From Chrysemys picta bellii (taxonomy: Eukaryota): a stretch of 64,000 bases of DNA. The position numbers were made by a program, and so were the translations under genes. Positions 47,324 to 60,555 of this stretch are shown in pieces; the stretch's first letter is position 1, and each line of letters opens with the position of its first letter. The stretch is taken from assembly GCF_011386835.1 (NCBI RefSeq), contig NC_088797.1, forward strand, positions 30,318,001 through 30,382,000, given 5' to 3'. The notes below the pieces were generated by a model. That model was not told the origin of the DNA. It ran no database searches and saw nothing but the letters and a program-made list of their open reading frames with translations.

Positions 47324-48459
47324 GTAAGGGGGAGCTCGGGGAGAGGGGGTTGGGGGGGGAGCTGCCCCCCATGGATCTGAGCGGGGTGTGTGTGGACGCT
47401 GCCTTGAGGGGGGAGGGAAGCGACCAGTCCCCCCGCCCTGACTGATGCCCAGGGAAGACCCCCCCCCGGGGGTTCTGGATGGGGGGGTGGGGGAATCCTG
47501 CCTCTTTTACCTCTTTAATCCGCCGGAATTTATTTGCAGCTCCCCCCAATTGAGGAAAGTTGCATAGAGAGAAAAAGGGGGGATTTGGGAGAGGTAAATT
47601 TGGGGTGGTGGTGGAGGGAGCTGTTCTGCATGTGTCCAATTCTGCATTCCTGGGCTGTCTTGCTGGAGCGGGAGGAGGAGGACCCAGACACCAGGGTAGC
47701 CACATGGGGGAGAGCTGGGAGGAGGGGGAAGGGATGGGGCGGGGAGAGATTGCTGGGATGTGTTGTGTATGTCTTGGAATGGGGGGTTGGGGGCACAGGA
47801 GACCTGGCCCCAAGACAGGGGCGGGGGGTTGGGGAGATGGCATTGGGCTACAGGGGCCTGACTCTGGCTTTTGTGGATTTAAAAAAAATCTTGCAAACAG
47901 CATGGGGCTGCCCCTCCCCCACCCTATAGAACTGCCCCCCAAAGCTGATGCTTCCCCCACCAAACTTCACCCTCCAACCTTGGGGAGCTCCCCCTAACCG
48001 CCACAGAACCCCCACCTGGGGCTCTTCCCCCTCTACAGAGTCATCCCTCCATCTCCCCCAACATGGGGCACTGAGTCTCTGCTCTGGGACTCACTGCCCC
48101 CCACATTGGTGTCAGCTTGCCCCTGGGGCTCTCCCCTCCCCCAGCTCTCCAAGAAATTCTGCTGCCTGACACAGCTTGGGCTCAGCTGCCTTCTGTTTGA
48201 TGGGGGAGGTGAGCTCCTCCATCGGAGGCAGGGTAATTGCCCCCCTCCCAGTACTGGGGTGGCCTGGGGTCATGCATGAGCACGGGACAGCAAACGGAAA
48301 ACACCTTGCACTGGGGGGATGGGGGCATGCGGGCAGTGCTTTGTGTGGGCGGACAGGAGGGGATGCATGTGCAACACTTTCCATGGAGGATGTATGTGCA
48401 ACACACAACAATATGGTGCATGTATCTACCCAGTCCTGCATGTACAGGGACACTGTGCC

Positions 48460-48790
48460 TGTACTAATGGTGCACACCCATGCATGGGGTCACACACTGA
48501 CAATCCACACTCACCCACAGCCAGTACCCACCTGGAGCAGTGCCTTGCAGGTTCACCCATGGCCGCTGTGCACCCACAGCAATGCCTTGCACACTCACCC
48601 ATGGCTCTTGCACACCTGGAGCAGCACCTTGCATGCTCATCCATGGTCCCTGGAGCAGTGCCTTGCATGCTCATGCATGGCCCTCATGCACCCAGAGCAA
48701 TGCCTCACACCTGCACCCCTGGCCCCCGTGCACCCAAAGCAGTGCCTTGCATACTCTTCCAGAGTCCTGTTCACACTCTGGTGAGACCCC
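48460..48790. repeat. Degenerate minisatellite
   Basis: Recurrent GCAGTGCCTTGCA...CCCATGG units. Confidence 0.75.
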
Positions 48791-51036
48791 CTGCCAGAGT
48801 TCAGGATGGAGGCACCTGGGGTGGTCTGAGGTGAAGTTCACGTGCCCCACAGCCAGCCCCGCCCTGCCCACCTCTGCAATCCTAGCCCCCAGGTCTGTGG
48901 AAGATGGTCCAGTGCATATTCACCAGCACAATCTTTGCATGCTCACCCCTCTACAAGTGAAACCCTGCCACACTCCCATGAGTGCCTCCTTGCACACCCT
49001 ACTGTTCCTTAGTGCACCCCTCGCAGAATGTTACTGTGGGGAGAACTGCAACCCCTTCCCACCATGTGCTGTTTCGCAGGACTGCAGCCTGCTTGGCAAA
49101 GGGCATCCTCCCCTCATGGGGAGGAGGCTTCTACCTCCAAACTGAGAGAGAGGAGAGTTGCAGGTGTAAAGTGTTCCCAGGGGGAGATCACTGTTATAGC
49201 TCCGCCTGGCACAGGCTGCGGGGACAGGAAGGCAGCTCAGGGAATGGGGGGACTCTGGGGATGGGATGGGGGACTGCAAGGGGCACAAACTCCCTGGGGA
49301 CAGGGTGGGGGGAATGGAAGTCAAGGAAGAACATGAGCTTCTGGGACATTCGGTAGGGTAGGGAGTGGCTGGGATGGAGGGCTCCTCCAGGCACTGGCCC
49401 CCAGCCCCATGTCTGGGGAGTTCCCAGTTGGTGCTGATGCACGGAGGTGTTTGTGTGTGTGTGGTTGTGGGGGTGAGGCGCCAGCACAGGGGAGGAGTGT
49501 GAGCTGAGGTGAGTTTGGGGGGAATGGAGGGAGCCAGCATGGGGGGGTGCTTGAGCTGTGGGCACCCACCAGGATGGAGGAGGGAGTGCCCACACCAAAC
49601 TTTACTCCCTGAGCAAATTATTGGGGACTCCTAAAAACCCATTAAACTCAGCACAGGAAGGGTCAACCCCTGCAGTATCTCCAGCCCCAAGACCAGGGAG
49701 TCACCCCCCCACACACACATGGACACAGGCCGAGTGAGGTGCTGGAGTGGGGGCAGACACCACATTCACAATCTCTGCCAGGACCTGGTTGGAGGGGCAC
49801 TGGGTGTGGGTCTGAGCTCCCCACACTAAGCTGGCTGAGGGGGTCACTCCTGACTGCTCCCCCTGACCCTGCCATGGGGTCAATCCTGCTGCCCCATGGT
49901 GGGGAGGTTAGAGCCCCTTAATGCAGCCTGATGGGGCTGCTGGTGCCCAGCAGGGCTTGGAGAGGGCACGAGGGGCCCCCCTCCCCGCAGTACCCATCTG
50001 GGGCAAGCACCAGCCCTATGGTGCTCAGCTGGGTCCAAGCCTCATTCATGTCTGACTGGTGCTGTCTCTCGGCCCATTGGGCACAGATGGGTCCTGTGAA
50101 TCAGCTACCAGCGCTGCCTTGAAGCACTGGCATGGGTCATGGGGCACAGAGTCAGAGAACCCAGGAGTCCTGGCTCCTAGCATTCTCCTCTCCCTCTCCT
50201 CCCTCCCCCACTGAAAGAGCAGAGAGGACTGAGAACCAGGACTCCTGGGCAGGGCTGCCGAGAGCGGGTTCGGGCCCTGGTAAAAAAAATTTTTTGGGCC
50301 CCCCAGCAAGGGCGGACTGGCTAAACAGAGCCAACGAGGGTGGGAGAAGCCAGGCCCAGAATTTTTTCGGGCCCCCCCAGCAAGGGCGGACCAGCTAAAC
50401 AGGGCTGACGAGAGGGTTGGGAAGCCGGGCTCCGGGCCCCCTTCCGGACCGCCAGGCCCCAATAATTTGTACCGGCTTCCACCCCCCCTCGTCGGCCTGA
50501 GTTCCATTTCCAGCTCTGGGAGGGGAGTTGGTCCAGTAGCTCAGGACTCCTGCATTCTTAACCAACCCCCTGTCTCCTGGAGGGGAAGGGATGCAGTGGG
50601 CAATGGCGGTTGAGCTGCGATGCCATCTGTTTTGCAGCCTCACCTGTTAAAAGGGTCAGGGTAGGTATTGCCATGGTGGTGGAACTGAGGGAAAGATGGG
50701 GAGGAATACACCCTGGGGGAAGTGTAATTAGGAGACCCTCATGGCTCCTTATGGATGGATGCTGTGGCCCCGGGACTGTCTGTGCCGCTCAGAACACCCA
50801 CCAGTTCTTCCTAGCCGTTCCCCTACTTCATGAGGGAGTGGGCACCCCGTTCTACCCCCAGATCCCCCCAATCTCACAAGGGAGCAGCCCCAACCATCAC
50901 CTTCCAGCCCACAAGGAAGGGAATGACCTCCCAGCCCTTCTCCCCACCAGCACCACTAGGTACCATGTGTCCTCCTCATTCCTCACTATGCCCCCTCCTC
51001 TCTTGCAGGTTCTGCCTGCCCACCCCCACTTCCACC

Positions 51037-54000
51037 ATGCCTCTCCTGTCCCACCTTGGGGCCTCTACCATCTTCCTCCTCCTGGCCTTGAGCCTCCCGC
51101 TGCACCAGGCCAAGGTGGAGGAGGGTCTGGGAGGCCCATCCCAGGGAGCATCATCGCTGGATGGGGCTAATGTCAGCACCTTGTGCCAGGAGGCCTCAGA
51201 GTGCCAGGAGGGGGTGATCCTGCCCGTGTGGCTACCCCAGAACCCCTCGGTGGGTGACAAGGTGGCCCGGGCCATCGTCTACTTTGTGGCGATGATCTAC
51301 ATGTTCCTGGGCATGTCCATCATTGCCGACCGCTTCATGGCCTCCATCGAGGTTATCACCTCGCAGGAGAAGGAGATCACCGTGAAGAAGGCCAATGGTG
51401 AGACCAGCACCACCACCATCCGCATCTGGAACGAGACCGTCTCCAACCTGACGCTCATGGCGCTGGGCTCCTCGGCGCCTGAGATCATGCTCTCCATCAT
51501 TGAGATCGTGGGCCACGGCTTCGAGGCAGGCGAGATGGGGCCCAGCACCATCGTGGGCAGCGCCGCCTTCAACATGTTCGTCATCATTGCCGTGTGCGTG
51601 CATGTGGTGCCCGAGGGCGAGACGCGCAGGATCAAGCATCTGCGCGTCTTCTTTGTCACGGCCGCCTGGAGCATCTTCGCCTACATCTGGCTCTACCTCA
51701 TCCTGGCCTGCTTCTCCCCTGGTGAGGTGGAGGTGTGGGAAGGCCTGCTCACCTTCCTCTTCTTCCCCATCTGTGTGGTGCAGGCCTGGCTGGCTGACCG
51801 CCGCCTCCTCTTCTACAAGTACGTGCAGAAGAAGTACCGCGCCGACAAGGCCCGGGGCCTGATCATTGAGACGGAAGGCGACACAGCCCTCCCCAAGCTG
51901 GAGGTGGAGCTGGACAGCACCCAGGCCAATGGGGTGGGTGAGGCAGGCAAGGACGGGGATGAGGAGGCCCGCCGTGACATGGCGCGCACCCTGAGAGACC
52001 TGCGGCAGAAGCACCCAGAGAAGGACATGGAGCAGCTGATTGAGATGGCCAACTACCACGTGCTGGTGCAGCAGCAAAAGAGCCGGGCCTTCTACCGCAT
52101 CCAGGCTACCCGCATGATGATCGGAGCAGGCAACATCCTGAAGAAGCATGCGGCCGACCAGGCACGCAAGGCGCTGAGTCTGCCGGAAGTGCGCCCTGAG
52201 GATGACGACTCACTCACCAGGGTGACTTTTGAGCCAGCGCTCTACCAGTGCTTTGAGAACTGTGGCGCCGTGGTGCTGACGGTGGAGCGGCGCGGTGGCA
52301 ACGTAGCTCGCACGGCCGTGCGTGTGGATTTCCGCACCGAGGACGGCACAGCCAATGCTGGCTCGGACTACGAGTATGCCGAGGGCACGCTGCTCTTTAA
52401 GCCGGGCGAGACACAGCGTGAGATCCGCGTGGGCATCATCGACGATGACATCTTCGAGGAGGACGAGTACTTCCGTGTGCACCTCAGCAACGTGCGGGCC
52501 GCCTGGGCTGAGCCGGGGGCTGAGCCGCCCCCCAAGGCCTGCCTGGGCCCTGCCACTACTGCCACCGTCACCATCTTCGACGACGATCATGCCGGCATCT
52601 TCACCTTTGAGGGCGCCTCAGTGCGGGTCAGCGAGAGTGTGGGGGCCGTGCGGGTGCGGGTGCTGCGCACCTCAGGGGCCCGGGGCCGGGTGGCCCTGCC
52701 CTACCGCACCATGGAGGGTACCGCAAAGGCTGGTGAGGACTATGAGGAGGCCGAGGGCAAGGTGGAGTTCCTCAACGACGAGATCACGTGAGAGACATGG
52801 ACGGGGGAGATGGGGGGAGTGCCAAAGGGGAGCAGGTACAAGTGGGCAAGGGCAGGGACAGCAAGGTGAGGAAGAACAGGGTGTGCGTGACAAGGATCAG
52901 GCGGTGGGGCTGTGGGGGAGCCATTGGGGGGAGGGGACAGCTGCTTAGGGGGCAATCAGGGTGCTGGGTAGCAGGGAGAAGGACACCTGATGTGTTTGTG
53001 AGAGGGGCAATGGCCAGGGAAAGACAGGTCAAGGACAAGTTGTGTGTGGGGGGGGGATCAGAGGAGCAGGTATCTGGGGGGAACGAGGGATAACAGGAGG
53101 GCCATGGTTTGGGACTGAGGGGCACCGGCAGAGCTGGAGGGCAGAGCCCAAGGCTGGGATAGCAGGGGGCTGCACATCAGAATGGAGGGGCACTGGCAGG
53201 GGGCTGAATGAGGCAATTGTTGGAGCAGCCATTCTCCCCAGTGCTGAGTCTGGAGCCCATGTGGGGTGGGCGAGCATCTGCACTTCAGCAGACCTGGGGG
53301 CAGGGGACATTTGCTGCAGCCACCTTGCAGCTCCAGATACCAGGGGTTCAACCCCAACCACCTTGGGCAATTGGTAAAGGGAAAGCAGGGGGCACCGAGT
53401 CCCCGCCCCCACACTGTACATGGGCTCCCCTCCTCCATCCCTTACCCCCTAGCCCACTCCCCAATTCAATCAACTGTACCGAAAATGAAACTAATTTCAG
53501 AGAAGGATACATTCCCCCCCTCGCCCCTCCCGGTGTCTCCATGGCAACAGTGAGCTTTTCCCCCCTAGACATAAGCCCAGACAAGGGGTTGCGGGAGCCC
53601 TGAGTCTCCTGTTCACCAGTGTAACGAAGGGGGGGGCGGGCATGCGTGTGATGGTGGTGAACCAGTGAGTGAGAGCAGATGGGAGAGCGGTCATGCCCCC
53701 CAGGCGGGAGCAGAGCCCAGCACACCAGTTCTTGAGCGCGGTGCGTGCGAATCAATGGGGCACAGCCATGGGCTCCCCCAGGAGCTTGCCGGCCTGTAGT
53801 TGGGTAGCTCAGGCCAAGGGTACAGGATGGGGAGGTATTAGGGCTCTGTATTGGGGGGTCAGTGATAGTGGAGATCAGGGGGAACATTAGGGCCAGGCAG
53901 GGCATATGGGGAGGGCACAGGCTGTGCTGAGAATGTGAGATGCTCTGTGCTGAGATCCCTACAGCTGGCAGATAAACCTCCCTTGCTCCCCCTCTGCTCG

Positions 54001-57000
54001 TCTCCTTCCCCCCCACCCGCCACAGCTGCTCCCAGCACCGCCAGAGCGAAGGGCCCTTTGTGCTCATAATTAGAGAGCAGAACAGATGGCACGGGGTGGG
54101 GGGGCGGGGTACGGCCAGTGACTGCACTGCCAGGGCCTGATCCCCGAGTGACCAGGGGGGGGGGGGGGGTTTGCAAGGAGCCCACAGTTGGGATAGCAGG
54201 GAGCTGGGGATCAGGATTGAGGGGGACTAGCAGAGCTAGGAGGGAGCACCCAGGTATGTGAGGGCAGTGGACTGTGGGGTGGAATTAAGGGGCACTGACA
54301 GAGCTGTGTGGGGAGTTGCCCACAGCTGGAATAGCATGGGACTGGGATTGAGGGGCACCACAGAGCTGTGGGGGGAGCCCAGGGCTGGGGGAGCAAGAGG
54401 GGTGGGATCGAGGGGCACCTGCAGAGCTGGGGGGACTCTCCGGTTCACTAATGGGGTGAAGCAGCCGATTCCCCTGTGCTCTGTTAATGGCCAATGGGAT
54501 TGTGGGGCCTGGAGCCGCCTCCCCAAATGGCCCAAGCCCATTGGCTGATCCCCCTCCCTCCCCCCCCACTCAGCGCTGCAGCATCCATTAACCCCCAACC
54601 TACTGCTTGACATTTGGGGGAAGGGTGGGGAGAGATGAGGGGGGAAAGAGATCTGTGTCTGAGGGGCGGGTGACAGGTGGGCAGGGAGGTGTCGCAGTGG
54701 AGGGGCTCAGTGGGTGGTTGGGGGAAGGGAGCAGAGGGGTGGTCTTCCCAGCTGTTCCCTCTTGTAATTACCTGCCCCAAATTAGCTTTGAGTTGATGCT
54801 AGCTGGGGGGAGGGATTAGTCATGGGGGTGACAGCCTGGGCAGCGGGCTGATTGTGTAAAAGCAAAGATGGTAGCACAACCCCCTCCTTATGGGGCAAGG
54901 TCACCCCCCTGAATCAGGGGCCACAGACCCTCACCTGCTCCAGTTGGAGCAGAGAGCCCAGGATGAGTGCCCCCCACTCCTCACATGCAGCAGCCTTATC
55001 ACCCTGTGCCTCACAACCAGCACCCCCATCTCACCCTGTGCCCCACAACCAGCACCCTCAGGCCCCCAGTGCAGCACCCCCATCTCACCTTGCCTCCCAA
55101 TCTCTCCCTCCAGGAAATTCATCGAGATTAAAATAATCGATGACGAGGAATATGAGAAAAACAAGAATTTCCACCTGGAGCTGGGGCCCCCTGAACTGCT
55201 GGAGATGGGGCTGCGGCACGGTACGGGGCGGGCACAGCCCATGGTATTGGGGGGTGCGATGGGGGTGGGGCACTGGGCAGCACAGGGAGGTGGGGTGGGG
55301 GAAGCCAGCAAGTAACAGTCCCTCTGCCTCTTCTCACCACAGGTGACTCTAATGAGAACCGCCCCACTGAGGGGCAGGAGGGGGCCACCATCGCCAAGAT
55401 GGGGTGTCCCAGCCTGGGGGAACACCACAAACTTGAGGTGGTGATTGAGGAGTCCTACGAGTTCAAGGTAAGTGCCCAAGTTTGCCCCTTCCCTCCTTCC
55501 CCCATGTACTACCTGTGCCCCCTCTACCCCATCCCTCTGGCTCCCCATCAACCCCACACCACCCCTCCCCAATGTCCCAGGTGCTCCTTCCCCCAGACCC
55601 CACAGTATCCTGTGCAACCCTTCCTGCCCCCCATCCCCCACTTCAGGCACCCCGCCAGTCTCCCTCCCCATGCTGAGCTGGGCCGGAGACCAAGTCCACC
55701 AGCCTCCCCCGAGGACATCTCCCCCACTCCATACCTGCCTACCACGTGCTGTCTGCTCCAGTGCCCTATCTGGCACAGTGGAGTGGGGGGCAGGGGGATG
55801 ATCCACCAGACTAAGGGACAGTTGCATTCTTCCCCCAGGGGTCCTCGCCCCGCACCTGTGTACCTCACATGAGGCTGCCAGAGCCAGGAGGCCTTTGAGG
55901 CATGCACATGGAGCCCAGGTGTCAGGGGGCAGTTCCCTAGGTACACCACCAGCCCCCCAATATCTTCCAGATGCTCCCAGCCTCCCCCCATTGGCATCTC
56001 AGCTCTGGGCTTCACCCTGCTGTGCCCCAATATTGCCATAGCCTCCACACTGGGCCTTAGGGGCAGAGCCGTCCCTTGGGTAGGGCAAATCAGGTCACCG
56101 CTCTGGGCCCCACACTTTGGGGGGCCCCACGGGCTGATACAATTAGCCAGTGCAGTCGGTCCCACAAGACATAGGTGCAGGAACTAGGGGTGCAGGGGCT
56201 GCTGCCAATGCAGAGCAGGTCCCTCAAGCCAGTGGAGGCTGATTTGTCCCAGGCCCCGCAGCCCCTAGAGACGGCCCTGCTTAGGGGTCTGCCCCCTATC
56301 TCACCCCTCTTTATCCCCCTCAGAGTACTGTGGACAAACTGATCAAGAAAACAAACTTGGCGCTGGTTGTGGGGAGCAGCAGCTGGAGGGAGCAATTCGT
56401 CAGTGCCGTGACGGTCAGCGCTGGTACGGAGGGGTGGGGCTGGAGGAGGAGAGGCTGGGGGAGTGCACCCCACCCAGGGATGAGCGGGACTTGGGGGGTG
56501 GGACCCTACTCTCTCCTGCCCCAGGGCACAATGAGGAGGTGGGCGAGGAGCAGTGAGGGGGTACAGGGAGGCAGGGGGAGGGGGAGGAGATACAGGGGGT
56601 TACCCCACTCTTACCGCTTGCCCCCCCCCACCCAGGGAACGAGGACGAGGATGAGACGGGCGAGGAGCGGCTCCCGTCCTGCTTCGACTACATCATGCAC
56701 TTCCTGACAGTGTTCTGGAAGGTTCTCTTCGCCTTTGTGCCCCCCACTGAGTACTGGGGGGGCTGGGCCTGCTTCCTTGTCTCCATCGCCCTCATTGGGG
56801 TGCTCACTGCACTCACTGGCGACCTGGCCTCCCACTTCGGTTGCACCGTCGGCCTCAAGGACTCAGTCACTGCTGTGGTCTTCGTGGCCCTTGGCACCTC
56901 CGTGCCTGGTGAGTGGGGCAGGGGACTCCATGCAGGGGCTCCATGGGGTGAGGGGCTCTGTGCCTGGTGAGTGGGGCAGGGGACTCCACACAGGGGCTCC

Positions 57001-58609
57001 ATGGAGTGAGGGGCTCTGTGCCTGGTGAGTGGGTCAGGGGACTCCACACAGGGGCTCCATGGGGTGAGGGGCTCTGTGCCTGCTGTCATGGAGTCACAGA
57101 GTCAGGGCTAAGGGCCAAGCCTATAACCAGTCTCCTGGGAGTGACCTCTTTAGTGGGCTGGGCCCCAGGGACCCACAGTTCCACTGGGGCAGGCCCATGG
57201 CCTCCGAGACTGGGCCTTTGGCACCAGCATTCCCTGTATCTTCCTGGGGCTTCCTGCAGCAGATCCAGCCAAGCCAGCAGGAGGCTTGGACTGTTCTGCC
57301 AGGGCATATACACAGGGACACAGGCAGCCTTTTCTAAATGGAGTTCCCATCGATGAGTCACCTGGCTGCTACAGCAGCTGAAAGTGCTCGGGTTAGCACA
57401 GAAGAGGGGTTAAGCCGTAGCCTACCCTGGTCAAATTAGTGCCCTGATGGGCCAGCCAAGCTGTGCTGGACTCCAGCTCTGGTGCTCTCTCTCTCTCTCC
57501 CTCTCCCACTGGTCTGTCTTCCTGGGGTGTTAGGAGTTGATGGTTCAGTCCTTGGGCATCTGTGTCTTGCGGGATGCTTGTGGATTTGGATCGGTTTCAG
57601 CCTGTTTAATAGCCCTGTTCGTTCCACCCATCCAGCCAGGTGACACCCATATCTCATGCCTCCTGCACTGTCTTCGCAGGAGACTTGCACTTATTTGTTA
57701 CAATGCAAAGTGCAGAGGGAAACTGAGGCACGCATAGGCTTCATAAAAATAATACAGAAAATCCCCACTTTGTCACACGTGGTGAGTGGGGGAGTGCTGC
57801 ATGCGGGGGTCTCTGTTTTGGGGTGGAGTGGGGCAGTCGGGGGGGCTCTATGCTTGGTTAGCGGGAGGTGGTAGGGAATGTGGCATTGGGTGGGGTGCTG
57901 TACTAATTCCCCTCCCCATGTCACCCCCTGCATCACCCCCCACTAACTTTCCTCTTCCTCTCTGCTCACTCCTCCACTGATCTAACTGAACTCTGCCCCA
58001 CTAATCCTCCATGTCCCTAGCCCCCATGCCCCACTTAAACCCTCCCCCTGCACCCTCACTGATCCCATGTCCCCCTCCCAACCCCTCACCCCTATTAATC
58101 CCTGTCCTGCCTCCATTAACCCCTTCACCCATTAACTCTTTACCCTGTCCTCCCCCACCAGCTCCTCTCCCCCCATTAACACTTCACGTTGGCCTGTCCC
58201 CCTCCCCACTAACCTGCCCTCTTCCATTGCAGACACCTTTGCCAGTCGGGCAGCGGCAATCCAGGACCAATACGCGGATGCCTCCATCGGCAATGTGACG
58301 GGCAGTAACGCAGTCAACGTCTTCCTGGGCCTAGGGGTGGCCTGGACCATTGCGGCCGGGTACTGGGCAAGCCAGGGCCAGCGCTTTATGGTGGCGCCGG
58401 GCACGCTGGCCTTCTCCGTCACGCTTTTCACTATCTTTGCCCTGCTGAGCATCGCTGTACTGCTGTACCGGCGGCGTGCGCCTGTGGGGGGCGAGCTGGG
58501 GGGTCCCCACACCCCCAAAATCCTCACGGTCCTGCTCTTCTTCTGTTTCTGGCTCCTCTACATCCTGCTGGCTGCTCTGGAGGCTTACTGCCACATCCAG
58601 GGCTTCTGA
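51037..58609 (+). CDS. SLC8A4: Sodium/calcium exchanger, most likely NCX4 (910 aa)
   Basis: Exons 51037-52787, 55114-55220, 55343-55467, 56324-56423, 56636-56908, 58233-58609 (2733 nt). Signal peptide; alpha-1 GSSAPE and alpha-2 GTSVPD repeats; XIP region RRLLFYKYVQKKYR; CBD1 IIDDDIFEEDE and FDDDHAG; CBD2 IIDDEEYEKNK. NCX family identity is certain. The NCX4 call rests on synteny and the unsplit large exon. Confidence 0.85.
56903..57082 (+). repeat. 58-bp tandem repeat carrying copies of a splice donor
   Basis: TGCCTG(GTGAGT) at 56903, 56961 and 57019; partial copy without GT at 57077. Confidence 0.92.
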
Positions 58610-60555
58610 GGGGTGTGGGGGTGAGAGACAGACCCCCATTCTCTGGCTGGGGAGAACTGTCCTGCCCCAGTCCCTGGGAGGCCAGGCCTCTGGCTGGGAA
58701 GCACTCAACAGCTCTGGGGAAAACTCCTCACAATGCCTGGGAGGCTATGCCCCCAGCTCAGTGCTCCACGGGGGGAGGGGGGGAGAACACAACAGGTGCT
58801 GCAGGAGCAAAGGACATTCCAACCTCCCCCATCGCCTGCCCCCCTCAAACTGGGGAAGCCTCCCACACTGCAGAGTCCCCTTCCCACACCCTGGGCACCC
58901 CTCCAGCCCCCAACTCAGTTCAAAAGGGGACAAAGGACATTCCAAGTGTAGACTGCCCCCCCCAGTGCACTTTGGATTTAGCCGGGGGCAAAGGTCATTC
59001 CATCCACCCCCACCCCCGAGAGCCCTTCCTGCCCCAAGTCCCTCCCACCTGCAATCTCCCTACTTGTGCCATGGGATAGCGAGGATCCAGGAGGGGGTAA
59101 CCCTGCCTGCAGGTGGCAGGATAGTTGGGGGGGACGGGGAGGTTGTTAGCAGGGGCTGGTAGGGAATGTGGCATCTGGCACATAGCAGCAGCCCCACCCA
59201 CAGGGCTGCAAGGTCAGCACACAAATGGGGGGGCGTGGCAGGCAGGGACTGGGAGGATCAGTCTCTCTCTCATGCACTTTGTTTTTAAACCTCCCTGCTC
59301 CCAAGCACAGGGACCCTTGTGTCCCCCACCCCAAAACACCATTATTAATGAACTCTCACTAGGACAAGGGGGAAGAGACCCCCCCCATGGGGTCTCAGTG
59401 GGGTAAATAGGCTCCAACTTCAATATTGGGGTCACCCCCATTGCCCGCCAAAACAGCACAAAGTCTTGCTAATGAAAATAGCAACAAATTGGGGTCCATT
59501 CCCCCCCGTCCATTCCGTCGCCTACAGAATCCAGATTTCTATTCTTTTGATTTTATTTTATTTAAAAAGATAGAAAAGAATATTTTATTTTGTATTTAAG
59601 AACAACAACAGAGCCCCACTCTTCAGCTTCCCCCCCAGAGAACTGGGCTGTGGGGCTAACTGATGCAGCCATACCCCTCGTCCCGTGCATGGTGTCCCAT
59701 CCTGGCATCTGTTGGTCGTTAGCATCTGTGAGTCAATATATGTGTTTGCACTTGTCCATCTGTCTGTCCGTGTCTGCCTGTTGCTGGCTGGTTAAACCCA
59801 CAATGTTTCCTGCCCCTAGTAGTTCCCCCTTCCCTGTCACACTCCCATTGCCTGCATCTTTCATTTGTTAAGGGGAAGAAAAAAAACAAAACAAATAGAA
59901 ACAAAACTTTGTACTAAAAGTGTTGTGTCTTTGTGCTCCAGGGAGTGCTAATGCCAATCTAGTCCCAGGGTAGGGGGACTGGCTTGGGGGCAGGATACGG
60001 GGCCTTTCCCCCCAGTTCATCAGGTCTAAGGGCCATTTCTTTTGGCTTCAACAGGCACCAACATTCCTAGGGCTTTGCCAGAGCTCTGCGTACTGGCCCA
60101 GGGGGGACGTGCCCCTGAGCTAGGGGGACACAACCCAGGCACCAGTGTTTACCTCTGCACTACAGTGGGCTGTGAACCTGATGGGAGGGGGTGGGGGAGT
60201 CAAACAGGGAGGGACCCTCCTCTCACATTCCCAAGTGCCAGCTGGGAGTCTCAGAGCAGAAGCCATGTAGGTGGGAGGAGGTGTCATCCCCCGACAGAAC
60301 TTTCCCAGGTCCCCCCCAGCAGAGGATAGATTTAGCCCAGCCCACAGCAGGTGCACTGCACCTTGGGTTCACAGGGGAGCTGCTCTGGGGGCAGGACTCC
60401 TACCCCACCCCACCAGAGAAGAGGCTGGTCATTCCCTGGAGGCAGATTTATTGAAATTCCACATTTAAAAAAAAAAAAATTAGCCAGGAAAAAAGTTACA
60501 GTCAGGGGCATTTTACCCCCTTTCCACTCCCCCCATACAAAATAATCTGTAGAAG

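Noticed and set aside
50250-50499. Further hAT MITE
   Set aside because: The ends are only loosely inverted and the flanks (CTCCTGGG / AGTTCCAT) are not a TSD. Probably an older element, left uncalled.
50830-51036. N-terminal extension of the exchanger ORF
   Set aside because: It lies upstream of the acceptor at 51008. The ATG at 51037 has a Kozak context and begins a signal peptide.
51232-52149. 305-aa minus-strand ORF
   Set aside because: Antisense shadow of the GC3-rich exchanger exon.
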